From Octopus vulgaris (taxonomy: Eukaryota), in assembly GCA_951406725.2 (NCBI GenBank), contig OX597820.1, forward strand, positions 87,420,001 through 87,484,000: DNA of 64,000 bases. The letters run 5' to 3'. Below, one piece after another: positions 12,466 through 24,777 of this stretch. The position numbers were made by a program, and so were the translations under genes. The notes under the pieces were generated by a model. That model saw nothing but the letters and a program-made list of their open reading frames with translations. It searched no databases and was not told where the DNA came from. How positions within the stretch are numbered: position 1 is the first letter of the stretch; every line of letters begins with the position of its first letter.

Positions 12466-13205
12466 ATCTTTTCAAAGAGGATTTCTTTCCTTGGCAAAAA
12501 GAGTAATACAGTGCAATGGAGTGGGGATTTATAGCCCAGGGTGGTGTGTTATGTTCTTGAACAAAACACTTCATCTCACGTTGCTTTGCAGTCAGTTCGA
12601 CGCCTGACACTTAGCACACCATGCACTTGTTCCAACAAGATCAATTTAATAGAGGGAGTGAACTAACGTATAGTACGTACATTTTCTTTTTTTTTTTTTT
12701 CCTTTTATTTGTTTCAGTCATTTGACTGCGGCCATGCTGGAGCACCGCCTTTTGTCGAGCAAACCAACCCCAGGACATATTCTTTGTAAGCCTAGTACTT
12801 ATTCTATTTGTCTCTCTAAGCGCTAAGTTACGGGGATGTAAACACATCAGCATCAGTTGTCAAGCAATGTTGGGAGGACAAACACAGACACACAAACATA
12901 TATATACATACATACATATATATCATCATCATCATCATCATCGTTTAACGTCCGTTTTCCATGCTAGCATGGGTTGGACGGTTCGACTGGAATCTGGGAA
13001 GCCAGAAGGCTGCACCAAGCTCCAGTCTGATCTGGCAGTGTTTCTACAGCTGGATGCCCTTCCTAACGCCAACCACTCCGTGAGTGTAGTGAGTGCTTTT
13101 TACATGCCACCAGCACAGGTGCCAGGCGAGGCTGGCAACTGCCACGATCAGACTGGTGCTTTTTACGTGCCACTGGCACGGAAGCCAGATGAGGCAGTGC
13201 TGATA

Positions 13206-15154
13206 GTATAATTTATTTATCTGTATGAGTGTGGGTGTGTAAATATTGTTGTATATATCGAGTTTAGTGAGTATGTATATGCGTAGCTATGTGAGGGAGG
13301 TATATGTATCTGTTGTGTGTGTGTGTTTTGAACCCAGTGTGTGTGTGTTTGTGTGTGAATGTGTATATGGGTTTGTTATTTAGGTTTTGGGATGTATGTG
13401 TTAATTTGTCTGTGTGGGGAGGAGTGGGTTTTGGTGTATATTGAGGTTTATAAGTTAGTATAGGTATGTGTATAAGTCGTGGGTATGTGGTTTACGTGTG
13501 TGTATTTGTGTGTGAATGTTTAGGTTAGGGGGATTGCTATATAGGTTTGTTATAGAGTTTAGCAAAGGAGATTTTATCGTTATATGTTTTTAAGAGTTTT
13601 GGTTTATCATGGTTTTTTTTTTTTTTTTTTTTTTTTTAGGGAATTCGTGGTAATTTGTCTATTTTCGATGTTGGTTGTTTTATTACATTGTTTCATTCAT
13701 AATTTTTGAGTGGTGTTCGTTTTGCCACGTGAATATTATTTTTAATTCCATTTATTCCATTTCTCCATTCATTAATTTAGAGATGTTCGTTTCCAGAGCG
13801 GTTATACTTTTTATACATATGTTAAGTTCCTTGGTAAAGTATTTTTGTTTGGTGTATATGTTGAGGCTTATATGTACTTGTGGGTGTGTGTGAGTGGGGT
13901 GGGTGTTTGTATTTGTTATGGGTGTGTGGTTTACGTGTGTGTTTTTGTGTGTGAATGTATAGGTTAAAGGGATTGCTATATAAGTATGTTATAGTGTTTA
14001 GTAAAGGGAGGTTTTATCATTTCTGTTTTAAGAGTTTTAGTTTATCATGGTAGTTTTATAAAAGAATCCATTCATAATTTTTGTGTTGATTTGTCTTTGT
14101 GGGGTTGAGTGGGTTTTTGGAGTATATGTTGAGGTTTATATGTATGTATTGGTATGTGTAAATGGTGTGGGTATTTGTATATGTCGTGGGTGTGTGGTTT
14201 ACGTGTGTGTATTTGTGTGTGAATGTTTAGGTTAGGGGGATTGCTATATAGGTATGTTATAGAGTTTAGTAAAGGGAGATTTTATCATTATATGTTTTTG
14301 TGAGTTTTGGTTTATCATGGTAGGTTTGTTTAGGAATTCGTAGTAATTTGTGTATATTTGCGATGTCTGTTGTTTTATTGCATTGTTTCATTCATAATTT
14401 TTAAGTAGTGTTCGTTTTACCAAGTGAATATAATTTTTAATTCCATTTATTCCATTTCTCCGTTCATAATTTTGAGTGATGTCCGTTTTCTAGAGCGTGA
14501 ATGTGGGTTGTATGTGTGTGTGTGTGGGAGTATGAATAAGTATTGTGTTGAAGTATTTAGCTATTTTATTTATTTATAGTTGCCTAGACGTTTTTATGTG
14601 TATGTATAGGGATATATATATAGGTGTGTGATTTAGTGTATGTAGTTAGATATGGTTATATATAATTAGGTATATGTGTATGGGTGTATATATAGTTTAT
14701 TATTATATTATTATTATTTTTTTGTTTTGTTTTATATTTTATATTTTATATTTTATATTTTATATTTAATTGTTGATAGGTTTATTTTAGTTTATATATT
14801 GTTTATATATTGATTATATATGGATTATATATAGGTTATATATGGATTATATATTTATATTTTTTTCATTCATACTTTAATTATTTTAAAATTATTATTT
14901 ATATATTTTAAAATATTGATATTTTAGATTAAAGTCCACCTGAAGATTGTCGATCAAGACAAGAAACGATTGTAGTGGCGGTTTTTTTGACTATTTATTA
15001 AAATTATATGTATTGATTAAGTCTTTCCTTGTTTGTTTTGCAAAATAGTGGTTTTGTCTCTAATAATATTTTATAATATTTTACTATAAAATTGGATTTA
15101 ATCCTAAATCTGATTTTTTTCCCTGTAAGGTTGGATTTATTCCCTAATATTTAT

Positions 15155-15159
<5 letters not shown>
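13206..15159 (+). mobile_element. 1.95-kb T/G-skewed insertion at (TA)n ending near a hammerhead, Penelope-like non-autonomous element
   Basis: Absent at the paralogous site (~30195). Internal direct repeats (13430-13800, 13850-14060, 14110-14500). HHR at 14936-14978. No recognisable ORF. Confidence 0.7.
14936..14978 (+). ncRNA. Minimal type I hammerhead ribozyme
   Basis: CCAC-CUGAAGA-UUGUC(GAUCAA)GACAA-GAAA-C(GAUU)G-UA-GUGG. Intact core, perfect 5-bp stem II, 4-bp stem I, GUA cleavage triplet ending at 14974. Confidence 0.8.
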
Positions 15160-15194
<35 letters not shown>

Positions 15195-16313
15195 GACGGG
15201 CTTCTTTTCAGATTCCATCTACCAAATCCACTCACAAAGCTTTGGTAGGCCCGAGGCTAAAGTAGAAGACACTCGCCCAAGGTGTCACACAGTGGGACTG
15301 AACCCAGAACCATGTGGTTGGTAAGCAAGTTACTTACCACACAGCCACTCCTGCACCTATAGACAAATCATTTGTGCAAGTCATGCATCAAAAAAGCTGA
15401 ACACTCATATATTTTCTTTGATAGGAAAGTCCATCATCATTTAAAAAAAAAAAACTGATGTTGATAACTTAGAGATGCCATCTGCATGAGAATTAATAGT
15501 GAAGAGGTTGTCATAACATTTAGCTTTCCTGTGTTCACCATGCACTTGTTTGGGTAACATTGATTTGATGGAGGGAGCAAGCTAAATGATGGGAGAGTCC
15601 ATCATTATTGTAATTTTTAAAAAATTTTTTTGCAGGATTGAAATATAAGAAAATGAAGCCAGGTATCTACAAAAATAATTTTGGTTTTTCTGAGTGAGGG
15701 AAATGAATAATTAAATGTTTAAAAGTAGATTGTTTTACAGATTTTTGTGCACACTTCTTAAAAGCCTCATTAGTTAACTTAAGAAGTTAACTAAGTCAAA
15801 TTTACAATTTCACAAACGATGTGTTGACTCCTAATTATTTAACAGTTAGAAATGTGTTGATGGGCAAATTTTATTCTTTGTGTGTTATATTTCTTCATCT
15901 TCGGACTGCATCACCAGCATTTGTTTACTCGATCCCACCACAACCATCCACTCCCGGGTGTATTTATCGACACCCAAGGATTGTCTATTCGACCAAAATA
16001 ATCGGCATCAACAACTTAAAGAAGCCCTGGTGTAGACTATATTTAAAGTAGCGGTAAGAAATCTTATAACACAACAAAGCTGGCTCTATGTCGTTGCTCG
16101 AACTGCTAGAAATAGCAGCGAAATCTCCCCTTTGAAATTGGCTGTACAATCTTATAAATAAAGTAAAAGTAACATATTGAATAATGCAATCCACCCTGAA
16201 TAAAACTAAATACGAGAGGGTCACAGCTGGAATACTAGATCAGGATTGATCTGGGGCTAAACAACAACAAACTGGGAGCTTCTCCATAGTAGCTCTATCT
16301 GCTAGAAATAACT

Positions 16314-16531
16314 ATTTCTTTACTACCCACAAGGGGTTAAACACAGAGAGGACAAACAAGGACAGACAAACGGATTAAGTCGATTATATCGACCCCAGTG
16401 CGTAACTGGTACTTATTTAATCGACCCCGAAAAGATGAAAGGCAAAGTCGACCTCGACGGAATTTGAACTCAGAACGAAACGGCAGACGAAATACGGCTA
16501 CGCATTTCGCCCGGCGTGCTAACGTTTCTGC
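16314..16531 (-). mobile_element. SINE family B, near consensus
   Basis: Reverse complement of 12243-12465. Paralog at 31375-31592. Confidence 0.88.
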
Positions 16532-16617
16532 CCTGCTAGAAATAACGAAGTTCCTTGAAAACACCATCCATCGTCTTGAAAAGAAAAGACTTGTATGACG
16601 TTTTGTATAATGTATCT

Positions 16618-16655
<38 letters not shown>

Positions 16656-16941
16656 TTTAAAAACAAACGGGATCATCACGGCTGGAACGCCTTTGATCAG
16701 TTCAATCAGTGCTGAAACCAGTAATAAACATCAAATAACAATAACTAATATAGTAAGTTTAAACATCGGTGAATTAAGATTATCCACGTATAAAAAAAAC
16801 ACAGAAGTCTCTTTAGGAATAATTAAAAAACAAAAATAGAAAGTCAGTCAATGAAAAACCCTGTCTACAGTGTGTGTGTATTCAAAAACGCTTGCTGGGG
16901 TACTTTTCCGCAGATTTTATTTAACACATGCTTTTACTTAC

Positions 16942-17000
16942 CTCACTGCAAACAACTCGAGCGAACTTGTGCAAACAAGTAATTTCACTTGCTTCTTCCC
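16942..17000 (-). other. Candidate non-coding first exon of GST copy 1
   Basis: Consensus donor GAG|GTAAGT (plus strand acttacctc, 16936-16944) in a non-repeat block conserved in three units. TATATAAG on the minus strand at 17019-17026. 5' boundary is a guess. Confidence 0.55.
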
Positions 17001-17502
17001 GTACAAGTGCGTATGTAGCTTATATATGGAGTATGCGTCAATATATACCCAGAAAACAGGTATTGAATGAACACATGACCTTCAATGTGTGCGTGTGTGC
17101 TTGCATGTGCATACGTGTTTAAATTCCTCTCTCTCTCTCTCTCTCATCCTCTCTGTCGAAAAGAAGTCGGCTGTAGTAGTATCAAGAGAGGTATGGGTTC
17201 CGCCAGATCTAAACCTACTTGTAGCGGTAGCTGACCCACCACTGCCACCAAAGAAGCAAAGCAAGTTCAATGCTCTGTGTATAGGGGTGGGGGGGTGCTT
17301 ACACAAATGTGCCGAACTCCGACTTTAACTTCCAGAAAAATGGAAATTATTTAAAGAAAGTTTCTACAAATACTCTTCAGATGAGTAGATTCTGATTGCA
17401 TAGGAATTTGTAGGGGGAAAAAATTCCGTGGGTGGGCTTTGTTGCCCTAAAATGGGTACGTTTTAAATGAAATTTTCAACAAGTACCTTTCAGAGTGTGT
17501 AG

Positions 17503-17812
17503 GGTGCTACTTAAGACGAGTGGTCCCGGTGCGCGCACTCGTGTACTCGCGCGTCCGCGCTAGCATGTCGTGACTAGTCGATCCTACAACGACTATCTAG
17601 CAAAGTAAATGAAACACAAAATAAATAATTATTTTACCCAAAGCAAATAATTTTTTAAAAACAAAGTAAATAAAACACAAACACACAAAGTAAATAATTT
17701 TTTAAAAATAAAGTAAATAAAACAAATACACAAAGTAAGGATCGACTAGTCACAACTAGCTACAGCGGATGCGCGAGTGCGCGCACCGGGACCACTCTTC
17801 TTAAGTAGTACC
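17503..17812. mobile_element. MITE with ~85-bp GC-rich TIRs and 8-bp TSD, Merlin-like
   Basis: ggtgctacttaagacgagtggtcccggtgcgcgcactcg.. / ..cgagtgcgcgcaccgggaccactcttcttaagtagtacc. TSD gtgtgtag/gggtgtag. Empty site gcgtgtag at ~48358. Confidence 0.85.
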
Positions 17813-17936
17813 GGGTGTAGATTACGATTATATCAGAATTTGATAAGAAAAAGACAAAAAAAATGGGCATGACACATAATTCTTTCCGAAATTTCAAGTT
17901 TCATTTTGTAAACATGTAAATGTGTGTCAGTACGTA

Positions 17937-18323
17937 TACTCTTTTACTCTTTTACTTGTTTCAGTCATTTGACTGCGGCCATGCTGGAGCACCACCTTTA
18001 GTCGAGCAAATCGACCCCGGGACTTATTCCTTGCAAGCCCAGTACTTATTCTATCGGTCTCTTTTGCCGAACCGCTAAGTGACGGGGACGTAAACACACC
18101 AGCATAGGTTGTCAAGCAATGCTAGGGGGACAAACACACACATATACATATATATACATATATACGACAGGCTTCTTTCAGTTTCCGTCTACCAAATCCA
18201 CTCACAAGGCATTGGTTGGCCCGGAGTTATAGCAGAAGACACTTGCCCAAGATGCCACGCAGTGGGACTGAACCCGGAACCATGTGGCTGGTTAGCAAGC
18301 TAATTACCACACAACCACTCCTG
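17937..18323 (-). mobile_element. Full-length SINE family A
   Basis: Complete head to tail with (tactcttt) tail. Absent at the unit-3 site (~48492). Paralog at 32993-33380. Confidence 0.9.
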
Positions 18324-18462
18324 TGTTCGAGTCCACCAATTTTTTTTTTTTTTTTTTTGCATATCATATTCCCGAGATAATCGTAATCTACGGACACTGA
18401 AAGGTATGTGCTGAAAATTTTAATAAAAAATACCCATTTTCCTGAAACTTAGGAGGAAACAA

Positions 18463-20234
18463 ATGATCGTGCTGTGTGTGCATTCTGCTGTGACTCTGTC
18501 ATATGTCTTACATCAAGTGTACAAAGACACTATCAGACTAGACATCAGACAGACTACATTTAAAAACTCTGATGAGAAAAGTAAAGCCGTATAAAGGACT
18601 ATTTCTGGTTACGAAAAAAGCAGTTATGTTTTTGTTCAAATGCTTTGAGCCAAAAATAAAGCCAACGAATGTAGTTACACGATTGCTCAATGAATAGCTG
18701 AGAAAGGTAAACTTTTTACAGATGGAGAATTTATATAAAGAAAAAAAGGCTTTTCTGAGAAGTGCTAAAATTTTGTTCTGTGATTTCCCAAACGCTGAAA
18801 CAATACTGTCTCGAATTCAAGAAATCTCAGCTTCTGCAAGATCAACTGAGAAACGTGTAACTGATATAGCTGAAAACATAATAATAAAACAAAAAGTTGG
18901 ATTACAAAAAGCTGCTGCATTCAGTGACGCTATTGATGAAAGTACTGACGCGAATGACACGGCGCGCCTAGCAATTGTTGTAAGATAGTGTGACAATGGT
19001 CGTATTTATGAAGAATTATGTTGTTTGACTCATCTTGCCAATACAACTACAAGACAGGACATTCTGACTGCATTTGTAAATTATTTCGAAAATCAAGCCA
19101 TTAATATAAATAAAATATTTTGTATTACTACCGATGGAGTACGTGCAATGGTTTGAAAGGAAAAAAGATTTGTTAAGCTTCTTGAAAATCATATTGGACG
19201 CAGTGTAATGAGTTTTAATTGCATTATACATCAAGAAAACTTAGTCACAAAGCTTGAGTTCTGTCTTGGAGACTATTATTAAAATAGTTAACTTCATAGT
19301 TTATCGCTCTTTGTAATTTAAGTCCCTTCTGCAAGAATTGGACAGCGAATATGCAGACCCCCCACTCACAGTAATGTCCGTTAGCTTAGTCTGGGTAATG
19401 TTTTGAATAGATTTGTATCATGCTTTATTAATGCTAGATATTTTGCTGGGTGATATACTTAGCAACATTTACAAATACTTTCCATATGTAAAGGCTCATT
19501 CAAATCGATTTAATGTTAATAAAAATGAACTTCAAAAATATATTGCAACGTTGAAAGAAGAATTTTCCAAGCGAGGTAAAGATTTCGAAACTTACGCTCC
19601 TATATTTTATTTTCTCATAAAACCCGACTTGATTGATTTGAAAACGAACTCATTTGATCTATTACTTTTTGAGTGGATGCACGTCAACAGTTTTGAAATG
19701 GAAATTATTGAATTAACAACTGCAGAATGGTGGAAAACAAAATTTGTGGAACTACGAAAAACTCTTGGAAGACTCTGCTTGGAGAAGTCCGTTGCCATCT
19801 TCAATTGATGGATGTCGTTGCCTGAAAGATTTAATTCTTTGAAGTAAATCTCGTATACTCTGCTTTCAGCCTTTGGCTGAACATACGCATGCGAACAAAA
19901 TTTTTCCCATATGAAATCTGTTTTGAGTCCTCAAAGAAGTTGTCTGGCAATTCAATATTGGGAAGCTTGCATGAAGCTTACAGTCATAAATTATGCGCCT
20001 GATATTGAGAAATTAAGTAAACATGTACAGGGACAAGGTTCTCGTTAATTTTTAGAAACTTAATGTAACTGTTGTTTATAACTTTGTTCTGTTGTTTATA
20101 ATTTGAGAGAAAAATTAATTAATATTCTAAATATAATTATATTTGTTTCCAGCGAGTTTCAGAAGCATAAACTCTACTAATAAAAGTAGCAATATGAAGT
20201 TGGCACTCCTTTATCAAATGGTTGCCAATGCCTG
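18463..20234 (+). mobile_element. Degenerate hAT (Charlie/Buster/SPIN-like) transposon, 5'-truncated and internally deleted
   Basis: Broken frames give AVCAFC..SVQRHYQTRH (zinc finger), AIDESTD..ARLAI, ITTDG..M, NCIIHQE and TYACEQ.FS.MK. Ends in a hAT-type TIR ggttgccaatgcctg at 20220-20234. Confidence 0.9.
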
Positions 20235-21571
20235 ATCTAAAGCTAAGAAATTTTACAAACACCATACAAACTCTACCTCCAATAAAATCGCCTATAGAAC
20301 AATGAACACCTAGAGAGCGTGAACCTTGTGATTTGCGACCAACTGAAGCACTTAGAGTTGAACTCGTGTTTTTCTTTCTTTGTCTTATTTTCTTCCTCTT
20401 TGTATCATTTTCTTTCTTCACTTATGTTTGTGTTCCCTCGGTTCTGTTTTCGTATTTTAATGTGGTTTTGTTTTATATATGTGTAGTGAATATTGCATGC
20501 ATGAAGTGGATTTGATCCACCATAGCCAAATTTAAATTAACACTGCAACAGAACTTTTCCCACGATCGAACAATGGTTTTTTCTCTGACAGCAGTTTTAC
20601 ATTTTCCAGATGCCTTTAGCTAGGCCGAAATAATGTCTTCACCACTTGACCCTTTCTAACTTCTTCTACTTCACCAAAAGCTAGAATAGAGATAACAAGA
20701 CCACCAACTAAATCTATTGTTCTAAATTATATATCTATGCTTCTGGATCTTTATATAAGCAAGCATACCCCAAGCAAAAATCATCAGTCGGTAACGACTC
20801 AACAAGGTCTGGCTGACCAACCTTGGTCAGAGGGAGAAAGCTACTGTGAGACAACACCCTACAATTCTCTCTAACTGTAATTCTGTTCTCTTACAACATC
20901 ATTCTATCTGACTCCATAATTACCACTACTAAACAATGAAGAGGACACAAACACAAACTTTACTTCGCATGCTTTTGGATATATCATTAACCTCTCGTCG
21001 AGGCAAGATATTTGTAGCGTAACGGAAAATAAATATTTCCTTAAAACTTAATGCATTATCCACCTTTCACATCTTACAGTAAATCTTTTTCGTCACAACT
21101 GCCTCCACCGACAATTCTTAATATTGTTTACCAATCTAGTTTCAATCGAGACATATATATCGTGTACATACGTGTTATATATGTAATTAATGAATTATCT
21201 AACTTAAAAGAACGAATTTTTAAAAAATTGGGGAGCGAATTTTTCGAAATTTTTCTTTTTTAAAGCAGGCTTTCAAACACAGACAGTCCGACATTTTTGC
21301 TTAAATCTGAGCAATAAACTATTAAATATATTTGTGATGGGAAAGATATTGAAAAATATCAATATGTCTGACTGACAAAGAAATGAGGAGGGTATCAGAT
21401 GGTCATGAGATGCGCAAAATATAATAGCTAAATAGCCCTTAAATCTTATTTTTGGTTTCTGCATAAGCGTATGAATTCCCTCGTGTAGAACACAAATATC
21501 AAAAAATTTTCTGAAAATTCCAAAAAATAAAAAAGCTATGAGGGGTTATATGGTGTGCTTAAAGTAGAATT

Positions 21572-22159
21572 ACGATCATTGTCACAATATCTTACAATTG
21601 CTAGGCATGCCATGTCATTCGCGTCAGTACTTTCATCGATAGCGACACTGAATGCAGCAGCTTTTTGTAATCCAACTTTTTGTTTTATTATTATGTTTTC
21701 AGTTATATCAGTTGCACGTCTCTCAGTTGATCTTGCAGAAGCTGAGATTTCTTGAATTCGAGACAGTATTGTTTCAGCTTTTGGGAAATCACAGAACAAA
21801 ATTTTTGCACTTTTCAGAAAAGCTTTTTTTAAAATTTCTCTATCTGTAGAAGGTTTACTTTTCTCAGCTATTCATTGAGCAATTGTGTAACTACATTCGT
21901 TGGCTTTATTTTTGGTTCCAAGCATATGAACAAAAACAGAACTGCTTTTTTTTTTTAACTAGAAATCGTCCTCTATATGACTTCCCTTTTCTCATCAGAG
22001 TTTTTAAATGTAGTCTTGTGTCTTGTTTGATAGTGTCTTTGTACACTTGATGTAAGACATATGACAGAGTCACAGCAGAATGCACACACAGCACGATCAT
22101 TTGTGTCCTCATAAGTTTCAGGAAAATGAGTATTTTTTATTAAAATTTTCAGCACATAC
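21572..22159 (-). repeat. Inverted duplicate of 18404-19003 (flank plus hAT 5' part)
   Basis: ORF 21536-21799 matches ORF 18722-18988. Empty site agaatt-gc-gccctt at ~36676. Confidence 0.9.
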
Positions 22160-22399
22160 AGCCCTTTATTTATTTGCCACGAAGATTCATGTAATCAATA
22201 AAAACGTTAAAAAATGGATTGCAGAATTTGGGAAACCAATAAGTCATGGGAAAAGAATCCTTGCGCATTCTAACATACTTTAGGCCTCACAACCTAGCAT
22301 AAGGCCATCCCGCCAAGAGGCTTTTTTTTTTTTTTTTTTGTCTTTCAAGTTAGTCGGCAACCTTAACCTGTGTCAGTGTAACGAAAAAGCACCCAGTAC

Positions 22400-22757
22400 A
22401 TATTAAGTGGTAGGAACAGCATCCAGCTGTCGGACGCCACTGTCTGCTACTCCTTTAGTCTCTCCCACATCCTGGATGCTGCAGTTAATGGGAAGGTCAC
22501 TGTTGCCGTAGCCGAACGGGAAAAAACCCCTGATGTATAGGGACAAGACAGTGAACTATCTCTTCCAACCTGTGGCGCTTGAGACGTTCGGAGGGATTGG
22601 GTCACTAACCGCGAAGTTCTTGTCAACGTTGGCAGCTCGTCTCTGTGAGGTGTCGGGTGAAGTTTGTGAGGGCGCTTGGCTTTCCGAACGACTTGGCCTC
22701 ACCGTCGCCCGTGGTAATTCTGCGAGCGCGCTGGCTTGCTTCAGTAGGTTCCGTTAA
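22400..22757 (+). mobile_element. CRE-clade (restriction-like endonuclease) non-LTR retrotransposon C-terminal remnant
   Basis: Translation SDATVC..SHI..AVAEREK..Y..YLFQPVALETFGGIG..KFLSTLAARL..SGE..WLSERLGLTVARGNSAS matches the recalled CRE ORF end (FxPxAxETxG..LxQRLSxAxQRGNA). Confidence 0.75.
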
Positions 22758-24079
22758 ACCTTGTGATGTGCGACCAGTTGATGTGATGAAAGAAAAAAAA
22801 TTCCCCACAAATGATTTTAACACAGTTTTAACAGAAAAAGTTGGTAGAATTAAATTAAAGTTTTCCGGTAATTCCTTTTCATGTAAATAAATGTTTATGT
22901 TAATGAAAATAAACATGACATTAAAATACAAATGCAAAACCGAAGAAAACACAAACATGAGCGAAGGAAGAAAATAGGAGAAAAGAGGAAGAAAGAATAG
23001 AAAGAAAAATATCAATTCAACATCAGGTGCCTAAGTAGATCACATCCCATAAGATTCAACGGGACCAAGCCAACACGTTCACGGTATTACTACGGGCGAT
23101 GGCGAGTCTGAGGCGTTGAAACAGCCAAGGGTTAAGTTGTTTGGTATTTTTTCGGTAGTCATCTGCAACTATTAATGTTACAAAAACAAGTTTAAAATTA
23201 CTTGTATAATCGTTTTAATTCATTTATTTATTTAATTCTATTTACATTTAAGAAACCTATAGATAACAATCATTGGCTTCTTGTTGAACGAGAGATAACT
23301 CAGCAGTGATTCAATATCCAAGACATTTACAGTTACTTCCCTTAGATAATTTTGTCTCGGTATTAATTTTACGCTTTAATACATACCGCCGACCATTCAC
23401 GTACAAAGGAAACATACAACGAAGCGTCATAATAAATGGGTTTCAGTATTTAATTAAGTATCTTGACACTCTGAATTCAAACCCCATTGGGGATGACTTT
23501 ATCTTTCATCGTTATGGATTATAATAATTACCCTAGTGTCGAGTATTTGGATCAAAATCTGGACTTCGGCTTAGCTCATGTAATCAAGTAAGGCTGTCGC
23601 CTAGCAGCTAATCTAAACATATCCAACACTTACATCCACTGCTGTGCCACACAGATATCTTCCTTAGTTACGAGGAATTATGCAATCTCTGAGCAGGTTT
23701 ATAGAATCTTTTTTTAAAATATGACTGGAATACTGAATTGAATACTACTTTTAAGAATATAAAAGCCAGTTACAGATATCAGAGGAAGGATGGTAGATTT
23801 AATAGCCAATAAAAAAAAATTTACAACTTTGCTACTGTGATGCAAATATTCGGTGTTGATCGTATTCACTTATAATGTAGTACAAGGGTTTGATCTTGTC
23901 ACAAAATTTGAAACTAATATAGTAGAAGAGTTAATAATAGTACAAAGATTACTATTGTTATCTTATATAATCTTTACCTCATTCCAAGAAATTGCTCACA
24001 AAATTTACAAGTTTTTCTGAGATAATTAATGTCTTCAATATTACAGATTTTTTTTTTCAAAAGTCAAAGATAATGAAAT

Positions 24080-24430
24080 AGATAAGAAGTTTGCTTCCCA
24101 ACCGCATGGTTCTGGTTCAGTGCCACTGCAAGGCACCTTGGGCAAATGTCTTCTACTACAGCCTCAGGCCAATCAAAGACTTGTGAGTGGATTTGGTAGA
24201 CAGAAACTGAAAGAAGTCCACTGTGTGTATGTGTGTGTGTGTGTCTCATCACTAATTTACAAGCAGTGTTAGCTTAGTGTGTTTACATCCCCGTAACTTA
24301 CTGGTTCAGCAAAAAGTGATATAAAATAATATTGGGCTTAAAATACAAATAAGGATTCTTTTGATTAAAATTCTTGAAGGTGGCGCCCCAGCATGGCCAG
24401 TCTGATAACTGAAACAAGTAAAAAGTGACT
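24080..24430 (+). mobile_element. SINE family A, degenerate
   Basis: Same head, body and tail as 1846-2222. Paralog at 38595-38945. Confidence 0.85.
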
Positions 24431-24777
24431 AAATAATGTAATGTAGAAAAAGGATGGAAGAAAATATGTGAGCTACTAGTTTATTTAAATGTGAATGAAC
24501 ATCACTGGTTTATATAAACAACCATTTTTATCTAGGGGTACATATGAGATGACAAAAATAATAAAAAATAAAGCAAAAAAATAAAATAACTGACACACAT
24601 CACGAGGTTAATGATAAAAATTTAGAAAAAAAAAAATGAGCTTCAAAAACTTGCATATCCTGTTGTTTTAATTATACTCATACATTACAAAATTGGGAAT
24701 AATTTATTTTTTAAGACACTCAAACATTAGTATGGATTTTTGAAAGACTTCAATTATATACACACACACATATATAT

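Larger units (their letters stand above)
12700..15360 (-). mobile_element. SINE family A interrupted by two nested insertions
   Basis: 3' half at 12700-12920 and 5' half at 15190-15360. The internal TA tract holds an RTE tail (12922-13203) and a 1.95-kb element (13206-15159). The paralog at 29700-30390 has only the RTE tail. Confidence 0.85.

Noticed and set aside
18568-18600. Additional hammerhead at ctgatgag (also ctgatgaa at ~60940)
   Set aside because: No stem II or GAAA geometry. They lie in hAT coding remnant and Helitron sequence.
18722-19808. Domesticated GTF2IRD2/EPM2AIP1/ZBED-like gene
   Set aside because: Many stops and frameshifts plus a retained TIR indicate a decayed hAT transposon.
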